Positions 34,607 to 44,400 of a stretch of 64,000 bases of DNA are shown piece by piece. The stretch is from Limnothrix sp. BL-A-16 (lineage in GTDB: Bacteria; Cyanobacteriota; Cyanobacteriia; CACIAM-69d): contig CP166615.1 of assembly GCA_041937175.2 (NCBI GenBank), positions 2,560,001 to 2,624,000 on the forward strand, given 5' to 3'. Each line of letters begins with the position of its first letter. Positions within the stretch are counted from its first letter, which is position 1. The notes under the pieces were generated by a model. It searched no databases and had not been told where the DNA came from. It was given only the letters and a program-made list of their open reading frames with translations. Both the position numbers and the translations under genes were made by a program.

Positions 34607-37090
34607 CTAGGTCAAAATCATACCCCCCAACAGCTTGCGATACCGATAGCCCAGTTCGGCGGCAATTCGAGGATGGTTTGCCAAATCTGGGTCGGTGTGG
34701 ATCAAATCCTCAGCGGCCGATCGAGCCAGGTTCAACACATCGCGATCGTCCACCAAGCTGGCCAGGGCAAAATCCGGCAACCCCGATTGGCGCGTGCCCA
34801 ACACTTCACCGGGGCCACGAAACCGCATATCCATCTCTGAAATAAAAAAGCCATCCTGAGATTGGGCCAACACCTCCAGCCGCTGGCTGGCTTCCGGGCT
34901 TTTGCTGGTGTTCATCAACAAACAAAAGGACTGGGCCGCCCCCCGCCCCACCCGACCGCGCAACTGGTGTAACTGAGACAAACCGAAGCGTTCCGCATGT
35001 TCAATCACCATCACCGTGGCGTTGGGCACATCCACCCCCACTTCAATCACCGTGGTGGACACCAAAATCTGGGTTTGGTTTTGCCGAAATTGCTCGATCG
35101 CCCGGTCTTTATCCGCCGAACTCATGCGCCCATGGAGCAAACCCACCTGAAACTCCGGAAACACCACCTCAGAGAGGTATTGATATTCCTCGATCGCGGA
35201 TTTCAAATCGAGCTTTTCTGACTCCTCCACCAGCGGCAACACCACATAAACCTGGCGACCTTGGGCAATTTCTCGGCGGATCAGGTCATGGGCCGCCGGG
35301 CGATCGCCCGATCGCAACACCGTGGTTTGAATCGCCTGCCGACCGGGCGGCAACTCGTCAATTTGGCTCACATCCAAGTCCCCATGGATCGTCAGCGCCA
35401 AGGTGCGCGGAATCGGCGTAGCGGTCATGGTCAACACATGGGGCTGAAGTCCCTTTTGTTGCAGCTTGGCCCGCTGTTGCACCCCGAATCGGTGCTGCTC
35501 ATCAATCACCGCCAAGCCCAAACGGGAAAATTCCACCTTGTCTTGGATCAGGGCATGGGTTCCCACCAACAGGGGCAACTCTCCCGTTTGCAATTGGGCA
35601 TGGATGGCGCGCCGTTTTTTGGCCCCCGTGGAACCCGTCAGCAATTCCACGGGCAAGTGCAACAGGTTAAACCAACCCACAATTTTTCGGTAATGTTGCT
35701 CCGCCAGCACTTCCGTGGGAGCCATCAGGGCCGCTTGGTAGCCCGCTTGGATGGCCGCCAGGATGGTGATCACGGCCACGACAGTTTTTCCAGATCCCAC
35801 ATCCCCTTGCACCAGACGGTTCATGGGGGTAGGCCGTTGTAAGTCTTCCAGAATTTCGCCCACCACGCGCTTTTGGGCCCCGGTCAGCTCAAAGGGCAAC
35901 ACCTGATGAAATTGGTCAATCAGAGGGCCGGTGGTGGCCAAGACCACACTGGTTTCCTGGCGCTTTTGTTGCGATCGCCGCTGGAGCAATCCCAACTGGA
36001 GGTAGAAAAATTCATCGAAAATCAACCGTCGCCGGGCTGCCGCCAACTGATCATCGTCGGCGGGAAAATGCACTTGGGCGATCGCGTCGGCAATTTTGAT
36101 CAGGTTGTAGCGTTCACGAAAGTCGCGGGGCAGGGCTTCTGGCACTTGGCTGGCGGCGGGCAACACGGCCAAGACCGATCGCCGCACCAAATCCGCCGTC
36201 ACTCCTTCGGTCAGGGAATAGACCGGCACGACCCGCCCCACCGTCAAGGAGGCGATCGTCCCGTCGGCGCTGTCGATTACTTCCAGATCAGGATTGTCGA
36301 GCGTAATGCCATATTTATCCTGCTTCACCAGGCCGGACGCGGCCACCAGCGTGCCTGAGGAATAGAGACTTTGTTGGCTCTTTTGCCAGGCGATCGAACT
36401 AAAGCGGGTTCCTGCAAAAAACTTGCTAATTCGCACTTGGCCCGTGCGATCGCGCAGAATCAGTTCAAAAATCGTCAGTTTCGAGTTTTTGGGACTGGTG
36501 AAGCAGTTACAACGCTTGACCGTTCCCACAATTGTCACCGTTTCGCCCCCTTCCAAGTCGCGGATATTCACCTGGCGAGCGTAATCGATATAGTCACGAG
36601 GGTAATGGCACAGCAAATCCTGCACCGTCAACAGCCCCAACTTGGCCAGCCGCCCCCCCGATCGCGTCCCGATCGATCGCACCTGCGACAGGGGTAGATC
36701 CAACGTCAGCGATCGCGTGCTGACCGCCGGTTGAAGCTGGTTCAAATCCTTGGTTTTTGGGCGCTTGGGCGATCGGGGGGCCGCCTCTGGAGCCGCAGCC
36801 TCGGCGATCGCCCCCTCACAGGCCCGCTGCACCTGATGCAAAAACTGCCGCGTATTCACCACAATTCGCTTGCGTTGGGCCAAGTCCAAATTGGGATAGT
36901 CCGCAAACTGGGCCGCCGTTTCCCGCCATCGCCGTCGATCGCTCGCGGACAGTCCCTGGGGCGGCCGGCCAAATTGCAAACACAAAAATTCACTGAATCG
37001 ATATTCCCGCCCAGCCAAATCCCCAAAGCCCCGTTCCGCTTCCACGGCCAGGGCCTTCTGCAAACGAATCCAGTCGGGTAGCTCAGACAA
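34607..37090 (-). CDS. recG: ATP-dependent DNA helicase RecG
   Basis: QGDVGSGKT, DEQHRFGV, MTATPIPR, QLRGRVGRG. Confidence 0.98.
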   Translation of the reverse strand: MSELPDWIRLQKALAVEAERGFGDLAGREYRFSEFLCLQFGRPPQGLSASDRRRWRETAAQFADYPNLDLAQRKRIVVNTRQFLHQVQRACEGAIAEAAAPEAAPRSPKRPKTKDLNQLQPAVSTRSLTLDLPLSQVRSIGTRSGGRLAKLGLLTVQDLLCHYPRDYIDYARQVNIRDLEGGETVTIVGTVKRCNCFTSPKNSKLTIFELILRDRTGQVRISKFFAGTRFSSIAWQKSQQSLYSSGTLVAASGLVKQDKYGITLDNPDLEVIDSADGTIASLTVGRVVPVYSLTEGVTADLVRRSVLAVLPAASQVPEALPRDFRERYNLIKIADAIAQVHFPADDDQLAAARRRLIFDEFFYLQLGLLQRRSQQKRQETSVVLATTGPLIDQFHQVLPFELTGAQKRVVGEILEDLQRPTPMNRLVQGDVGSGKTVVAVITILAAIQAGYQAALMAPTEVLAEQHYRKIVGWFNLLHLPVELLTGSTGAKKRRAIHAQLQTGELPLLVGTHALIQDKVEFSRLGLAVIDEQHRFGVQQRAKLQQKGLQPHVLTMTATPIPRTLALTIHGDLDVSQIDELPPGRQAIQTTVLRSGDRPAAHDLIRREIAQGRQVYVVLPLVEESEKLDLKSAIEEYQYLSEVVFPEFQVGLLHGRMSSADKDRAIEQFRQNQTQILVSTTVIEVGVDVPNATVMVIEHAERFGLSQLHQLRGRVGRGAAQSFCLLMNTSKSPEASQRLEVLAQSQDGFFISEMDMRFRGPGEVLGTRQSGLPDFALASLVDDRDVLNLARSAAEDLIHTDPDLANHPRIAAELGYRYRKLLGGMILT

Positions 37091-37166
37091 AATGACGGCT
37101 AGGGCGATCGAATATCTGTTGGCCGTCGTGCCAACGGTAGTTCCAACGAACGTATTTTGCGGGAAA

Positions 37167-37730
37167 TTATTGGGGTTGAGAAGCGGGATACCAAATTTCC
37201 AGAGTCCCGGGAGGCTCCTTATCTAACAACTTGAGTAGAGGGATGAGTTGGATATCACTCCATGCACCTTGGTTGACCAAACTCTTAATGCGTTTTGCTT
37301 TCACCATATCTTCTTCATAAAAAAATCGTACCTGAATTTCTGATTTGGGAAAATAATTCTGAACTTTCTCTGGCGGAACAACTCGATCTACAACCAAATT
37401 GCTCACCCGAGGAACCGATGCCCCATCATCCCTTAATTTACTCATGAGTGCCGTTGCATCATTGCGCTGCTTCTCTGAGGAAATGTGAATATAGATTGTG
37501 CTATTAATCAACGACTCTTTGGATCCATGATTGATCGTAGCGATCGCAGGAGCTGGTGTTACGTCAACGCTGGCTTTCACTGAGGGTGTGGGAGATGGCG
37601 TGGCAGCACTTCGATCTCCAAAGAGCTTATCCCAATTGCCTACAATCGAAGTAATGACGATGCCCAGGAATGTGATCATTGCTAAAACAACCTGAGTTAG
37701 CAATCCCCATTTTTCATTGCTGCTACTCAT
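37167..37730 (-). CDS. hypothetical membrane-anchored protein, AT-rich
   Basis: GGAGG before ATG 37730, N-terminal TM, Pro/Thr linker, C-terminal globular domain. Confidence 0.65.
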   Translation of the reverse strand: MSSSNEKWGLLTQVVLAMITFLGIVITSIVGNWDKLFGDRSAATPSPTPSVKASVDVTPAPAIATINHGSKESLINSTIYIHISSEKQRNDATALMSKLRDDGASVPRVSNLVVDRVVPPEKVQNYFPKSEIQVRFFYEEDMVKAKRIKSLVNQGAWSDIQLIPLLKLLDKEPPGTLEIWYPASQPQ

Positions 37731-38164
37731 AACACCTCCATCCAGAAATTGAATGATTTCCATGAATTGGGCATTTTTAAAACCAAATTAAGCGAGATTT
37801 TTAAAATAAAATCATGTTTTTCTCAATTCATTCAACTAAGTTTTGATCGAAAACAAGTATCATCCTTATCTTGAATTAATTTCATTTGAGAATTATTTAT
37901 CATTATAGCCTTGACCAACAGTACAGGCATTGCTGTTTAACAAAAATATCTGAAAGTCAATTGATTTTATTTGATTTCTGAAAATTGATTTTTGAAATTT
38001 GATCGGAACTTTCAAAACCAAGCAATCTATCCGATAGTTGCCACTCCCTTTCAAGAATATGCCGATCGCTCTCTGATCGAAAATTTGGTCTTTCTTGATG
38101 GATTTGGTACGGTTGAAATTGTTGGCCAATCCACTAATCGTCTGTTTACTCGCTTGAGCTGCCT

Positions 38165-39232
38165 ATGTCTCCTGAAACTGCCACCCCCACGACTGTTCAA
38201 CCGGCCAAGACAGTGCATCTGCGCGAAACCGGCATCAACCCTAACCATTGGTATGTGGTGGCGAGCGATCGGGAAGTGACTCGCCAGCCGCTGGGCGTGG
38301 AGCTTTGGGGGCGGGCAATTGTCCTTTACCGCGATACCCAAGGGCAAGTGCAAGCGATGGAGGATTGCTGTCCCCATCGGCTGGTGAAGTTGTCGGATGG
38401 GCGTGTGGTGGGCGATCACATCGAGTGCATGTACCACGGTTGGCAGTTCGACAGCGCTGGAGCCTGTGTGGATGTGCCTTACCTGGGAGATCACCAAAAG
38501 CTGCCCAGTTGCCGAATCCATACCTACCCAGTGCGAGAACTGGATGGGTTCATTTGGTTGTGGCCAGGGGAATTGCAACCGGGACAGGTGTTGCCAGAAC
38601 CGATGGGGCTGCCGGAATGGAGCCACTTAAACTACATCGCTTCCGTGGCCACGATCGACTGTCGGGGCCATTTTTCCTTCCTGATTGAAAACCTGATGGA
38701 CATGTACCACGGGCATTTGCATCAGGACTACCAGGCTTGGGCTTCCGCGAAGTTGGAGAAGCTCACCGAATCGCCCGATCGGGTCGATGCTCTCTACGAA
38801 GCCCAAAGCTACTACCGAATTGACAAAATTTGGGCGGTGGCGCAACTGTTTATCCCCGCCATGCGCCAACTGCACCCGGAGCCGCTCTCGGTGAGCTATG
38901 TCTATCCCCACTGGGCCTCTAGCTTGGGCCAAGAATTCAAAATTTATTGCCTGTTTTGTCCCGTTAGCGCCACCCGCACTCGGGCCTATTTGGTGCATTT
39001 CACCTCCCTTCATGCCTTTGGCCGGCTGCATCAGTTGCCGGTGGTGATCCGCCAGTGGGTGAAAGATCGGATGTTTAATGCGGCGGCCAAGTTGCTGGAA
39101 GGGTTGGTGGAGCAGGATGTGTTGATGATTGAGCAGGAGCAGCGATCGTTTGAGGCGGATCCCCACCGCAAGGGGCCAGAGCTGAATCCCGCGATCGCGG
39201 CCGTGCAGCGCCTCATTCGATCGCGGGGCTAA
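38165..39232 (+). CDS. Rieske non-heme oxygenase alpha subunit
   Basis: CPHR..CMYHGW Rieske motif, ENLMDMYHGHLH mononuclear Fe motif. Confidence 0.93.
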   Translation: MSPETATPTTVQPAKTVHLRETGINPNHWYVVASDREVTRQPLGVELWGRAIVLYRDTQGQVQAMEDCCPHRLVKLSDGRVVGDHIECMYHGWQFDSAGACVDVPYLGDHQKLPSCRIHTYPVRELDGFIWLWPGELQPGQVLPEPMGLPEWSHLNYIASVATIDCRGHFSFLIENLMDMYHGHLHQDYQAWASAKLEKLTESPDRVDALYEAQSYYRIDKIWAVAQLFIPAMRQLHPEPLSVSYVYPHWASSLGQEFKIYCLFCPVSATRTRAYLVHFTSLHAFGRLHQLPVVIRQWVKDRMFNAAAKLLEGLVEQDVLMIEQEQRSFEADPHRKGPELNPAIAAVQRLIRSRG

Positions 39233-39483
39233 TCAACAACCGCTGGGCTGGCCCATGAGTCATGAGAAGTGATTAGGAGTGATTAGGGGTAATTAACCGA
39301 CCGTTGATGAACCCATCATTCAAAAACAGCATGGGCCGGAGTCGCGCAATGTTCAGGGCGATCGCGCAAGGAAACGGGGAACTATGGCAAAGTTTCCTGG
39401 CTTAGGCCGCGATCGGGCTTTGATGCGGATTGTTTTCCCAACCTCCCCGATCGCGCCCTTGGGTTCCTTGCTTGCCCCAGCCC

Positions 39484-40410
39484 ATGCGACTCGAACAGTT
39501 ACAGGCCTTCCTTGCGATCGCGGATACCGGTGGTTTCCAGGCCGCCGCTAAGCGTTGCGGAGTCACCCAATCCACCATCAGCCGCCAACTTCAGAGCCTG
39601 GAGTCTACCCTGGGGCTAAGCCTGATTCGCCGCAGCACCCCCATCCAACTCACCCTCGCCGGTAACCAACTATTGCCTCACGCCCGGCGCATGGTGCAGG
39701 AGTGGGACTTGGCGAATCGGGCGATCGCCAACCTGCGCGAAGGTCAACAACCGGAACTCTGCATCGCCGCCATTCACTCCGTTTGCGCCTACCGACTGCC
39801 CGCCATTTTGCAGGACTTTATCCAAACCTATCCCCAGGTGCAATTGCGGGTGACGGCCTTGGGCAGCGATCGATCGCTCAAGGTATTGCGTGATGGGTTG
39901 GTGGATGTGGCCGTGGTCATGAATAACCGGTTTTTGACCAATAACGCCGATTGGGTGGTGGATTCCCTTTATAAGGAACCCGTGGTGGCCCTCGTCAGCG
40001 CCTCCCATCCCCTCGCCAACCACGGGCCCGTTTCCTGGCTGGATCTGGGGGAATATCCCCACGTGGTGTTCAAGGATGGCTACGGAATGCAGCGGTTGGT
40101 GCAGGAACAGTTTGCCCGCGAGGGAATTACCCTGCGGGTTGCCTTGGAACTGAACACCCTCGATGCCTTTCGGGGGGTTGTCCGCCAGGGAAAATGTGTG
40201 GCCCTTTTGCCAGAGTCAGCCGTGCTGGAGGCAAAGGAAGATCCAGGCTTGCGAGTATTACCGCTGGCGGATCCGGCGATCGAGCGGGAAGTGGTATTGG
40301 TGACAACGCGCGATCGACTGCAATTACAACCGATCAGCTATTTCCGACAGTTGGTGCAAGCCACCCTCCATCAACAGGCCTTGCTCCCCAACCGCCCGTT
40401 GGCCAAGTGA
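39484..40410 (+). CDS. ntcB: LysR-family nitrogen assimilation regulator NtcB
   Basis: MRLEQLQAFLA..CGVTQSTISRQ, QPELCIAAIHS, VVFKDGYGMQRLV, LNTLDAFRGVVRQG. Confidence 0.88.
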   Translation: MRLEQLQAFLAIADTGGFQAAAKRCGVTQSTISRQLQSLESTLGLSLIRRSTPIQLTLAGNQLLPHARRMVQEWDLANRAIANLREGQQPELCIAAIHSVCAYRLPAILQDFIQTYPQVQLRVTALGSDRSLKVLRDGLVDVAVVMNNRFLTNNADWVVDSLYKEPVVALVSASHPLANHGPVSWLDLGEYPHVVFKDGYGMQRLVQEQFAREGITLRVALELNTLDAFRGVVRQGKCVALLPESAVLEAKEDPGLRVLPLADPAIEREVVLVTTRDRLQLQPISYFRQLVQATLHQQALLPNRPLAK

Positions 40411-40456
40411 CCCGTGCTAGCCTACGGGAAACTGCTGTTTTCTGTCCCGATCGCCC

Positions 40457-40849
40457 TTGGCCACCATGGTTTTGTTCCCTTTCCAGCCTGTTGTGGGCGC
40501 AGTGTCTTCGGTTCCCAACGCGATCGGCCTGTGGATGGTCGTGGGCATTGATGGCCTCCTCTCGATCGGCCTGCTGTGGCTGGCTTGGCAACTGTGGCAA
40601 CTACGGCGCACCCTGCGGAACACCGCCCAGGGCCTGGAATCCGCCGCCCGCAGCACCCATACCGTCCTGGGCAATGCGCCGCAAAACATCGCGATCGGCC
40701 AGCGCGGCATCTATGGATTTCGCCAGACCTACCGCACCTTTGAGCCGGCCCTCGAAGCGAATCTTCAGAAAATCACCTGGGTGCTCTCCCTAATTCAACA
40801 ATTCACAAAACTCCAATCTCGCATTAAGCGATCCGCCCCCAAGCAATAG
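40457..40849 (+). CDS. hypothetical membrane protein
   Basis: TM segment, then LGNAPQNIAIGQRG. Confidence 0.6.
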   Translation: MATMVLFPFQPVVGAVSSVPNAIGLWMVVGIDGLLSIGLLWLAWQLWQLRRTLRNTAQGLESAARSTHTVLGNAPQNIAIGQRGIYGFRQTYRTFEPALEANLQKITWVLSLIQQFTKLQSRIKRSAPKQ

Positions 40850-41014
40850 CCAACTCATGGTTTATCCGCGAACCTTCGCCGATCCGAGTTAAACCACCGG
40901 GGCGATCGGTCAATGTGACCGGTGATGTGACCAAAAATACCCAAGATTGGACATTAACATTACCCAATCATAGGCTCCTCAGTTTCTCTAGAGGTGCTAA
41001 TTTTGCTGACTCAA

Positions 41015-41189
41015 TAGACCTCTTGCATCAATCAAAACCCTCACCCTAAATCCCTCTCCCAAGTCAGGAGAGGGACTTGACAACCAACAGCGAAATCGCC
41101 GTTATTCTCGATTTCTGGCTCCCCTTCGCCCTCCTTGGGAGAAGGGGTTGGGGGATGAGGGCTGTTAGCTGATTCGCGCAAGAGGTCTA
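41015..41189. mobile_element. MITE with TA-flanked TIRs (IS630-like ends) and nested inverted repeats
   Basis: TAGACCTCTTGC (41015-41026) / GCAAGAGGTCTA (41178-41189); internal ccctcaccctaaatccctctcccaa vs ttgggagaaggggttgggggatgaggg. Confidence 0.8.
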
Positions 41190-41483
41190 GTGCCGCAAAA
41201 CCCATTCTGAGACTAGAATTTTCAGCCTTTGCCTCAGCCCCTGCCGGTGACCTCGCAAAGCCTGTCGCAAGACCCAGGCTCGATCGGTCTTTAAGCCACC
41301 AAACAGCACAGGATTATCTTTATCGATCGCCTCATGCCAAATTTGTGCAATTTTGACTTTGACTTATTTAATCCAGTTTTTGATCCCGACAGTTTTTGTT
41401 TATAAGTCTTGTGATTTAACTTTTTGATCACTTAAGTTGATTGCAGTTGGGTCGCACGTCTACTCTTGCTCGGTGGCATCATC

Positions 41484-44400
41484 ATGTCGGACTCTATCTT
41501 TGGCTTGCCTGAATTTGTAGAACCCACTCCTTTGGGCGTTGTACCCACTTCACAGCCAACGATCGACCTCAGCCGACTGTTGCCACCTGTCCTGGCCAAT
41601 GGCCTTTCCACCAGCGAGCGGTTGGAACAAATCCAGCAATTACAAACCGGTAGCCTCACGGATCCCATCCTAGGTTCCAACCCACAAGCCACGGTTCCAG
41701 CAGGCCGCACCCAAAATGTGCGCCGTAACCCCGCGTTGGGCAACGGCACATCCACGCCAACCGGCGATGGCGGACTGGGCGGAACAGCTTCACCGATCGA
41801 CCCCTTGACCGGTGACTCACTGGATGACTCATCCACCACAGCGGATGGCAGCACTGGGGCGATCGAGCCAAAGCCCGCCCTGACCAGCCTGTCCACCGCC
41901 CCCACGTCCCCCGACATTCAGTTCACCTCCGGCGCTTTCACGGCCCTGAGCGCAACAGCCAGCGTTGAATTTCAATGGGATGGTGGCGGCTATAGCAATA
42001 CTCAGTTAGGCATTTTTTCCCTGGAAGGCATGGAGCAATTCACGGGCGATGCCTTCCACCGAGAAGCCGCCCGCCGCGCCACCACCAACTCCCCCACCGG
42101 CCACCTGCTGATTGACGATCGCACCGAAGGCGCAAAGTTCAGCGGCAAACTGAATCACGAAGACAACTTCAACCAAGGCCCCTTCAACGGAGTCAAAACC
42201 TTCAGCATCACTCCCGGGGCCAAATATGGCTTGATCCTGATTCCCGATGGAAAACTGGCGGACATCGCCACGGGCGCAGCCCAGGCGGAGGGGTCGCGCC
42301 GTCCGCTCTATTCCATGGCCACCGCCAACCCGGATCAGCTTTTCCAAGCTGGGCAGTTGGTGGAAGTGGGTTCAGACCCAACCCGGGGCAACACCTACGT
42401 TTTTGAAGATTTACGCCTCGATCAAGGAAGCGATCGGGACTACAACGATATCGTCGTGCGGTTGCGTGGGTTTAGTGGCTCTGTCCCCTCGATCGACCAA
42501 TACATCGACTCCAACAAAGATTGGCGCAAGGAAGAAGCTGGCAAGCTGTTGTTAGCCGATGCCTTGCCCTACGTCACCGTTGAGCCATCGCAACCAGCCC
42601 CCAGCGCTCCCACCCCTAGTCCTAGTCCCGCTCCTGGCAACGATCCATCCAGCAGCACAACCACCCCACCAACCCCAGCCCCCGGCCCAACGCCGCCCAA
42701 CACGGAACCCCCAGCCCCCAGCACTCCAGTGCCCAGCACTACGCCTGTTATTTCACCGCTGGGCACTTTCCCCTGGACTTACCCAACGCCTGAGGATCTG
42801 GCAGCCGCAGCCATCACACCCGCCAGCAAATTCCCGATCGTTGGGGTGATCGACACGGGGTTTGCCCGCAGCAACCCGGATTTGGACTACAGCAAAATCG
42901 TTTGGGGCAAGGACTACATCGACAACGATGCCGATCCGCTGCTGAATCCCGGCGAGGGCAACGAACATGGCACCCACATTCTGGGTCTGATCTCCGCCCT
43001 CCGCAACAATGGTGTGGGGATTGATGGCCTCGCACCCGATGCGCCAATTTGGGCGGCGCGGGCCGTGGGTTCGGGCAACTGGGCCAAAGCCTTGGTTGAT
43101 TACGTGGATTACATCAAGAGCAAGGGTCAAACCCGTGGGTTGGTGAACCTGAGCTTTGACCTGACCCAAAAGAACGCCGACGGGACGATTTCGACGCGCT
43201 ACGAGTTCACCCCAGAAGAGCGGGTGGCGATCGAGACAGCTCGCCAAGCGGGCGTCATCTTAGTTGTGGCGGCGGGCAACAGTGGCACGGGGGATATGTC
43301 CGTGTTGGCTCAGGCGGCTCAGGAGTTTGACAACATCATTTCGGTGGCGGCGGCGGAACAGATCGATCGCTCGGTGGCGATCGCTGATGGAGCGGCCAAA
43401 ACCGACTATTCCAGCAGTGGCAAAAAGCTAACCCTCAGTGCGATCGGCGGGACGATCGAGCAGGGGATTCCATCGCTGCTGGCAGAAGGGCTAGGCACGA
43501 TGGCGGGCACGTCGGTTGCCACAGCGAAGGTGACGGCGAATGCGGCTCTGGCGTGGGCGGCGAATCCCAGCCTGAACTATCTGCAAGTCAAGGATGTTCT
43601 GACCAAAACAGCGACCGACATCGAAGCCCCTGGCTACGACGAGCTGACGGGGTATGGGATCGTCAATGGCGCAGCGGCAATTTCTTTGGCCAAAATGACG
43701 AAGGGCGAAACCTACAACCCTGAGCCTTGGTTTGCGCCGGATAGTTGGAGCGGCGAAGGATTTGCAACCCCTTGGGAACGCGAAGTAGCAGCCCTAGATT
43801 CCTACGCGATCAGGTCTAACCCAAGTAGCTCTGGATACATGGGGCTGTTTTTGTACGATGCCCGATGGTATCAAATGTCTGCTGAAGCTATTGAGCGTGA
43901 TGACGTAAGGCGCAATTTCCTAGGCTACTCCCATGCCACTTTTCGTACTTTTGTAGATTTCGTACCGCCTAGGATTAGCAATGATATTAGGTTAGTGCCT
44001 GTTGCTTACCATGCAGGAGTTCCCTACAAGTGGACAACCAAGAGTACAAGTACCCTAAAAGCCGAGTTAGGACGTGACCCCACTTTTGATGATCTCGTAC
44101 GGATTGCTAGACCGGATTTAGTTCCCGGGGATCCAGCCTATGCTGCGTTCGAGCTTTTCCTAGTACGACAGCACAAGGCACGTCCCGTAAGTACAACAGG
44201 AACGGGTCGGACAGGGGTTTTATCATCATCCCCGCTGGTCTATATTCCTCAGCCCTGGACGGAGCTAGCTAACTTTGCCACGCTAGTTCCTGACACTATC
44301 AGCCTCGCGAACAGCGCCTATGCTAAAAACGGTGGCTCTAGCACTTTAGGATCACCAGTATCCGGTCAAGGTTTAGGTAAATTCGACTCGCAAATCTACT

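Noticed and set aside
39240..39484. NtcA site upstream of ntcB
   Set aside because: No GTA-N8-TAC found by eye
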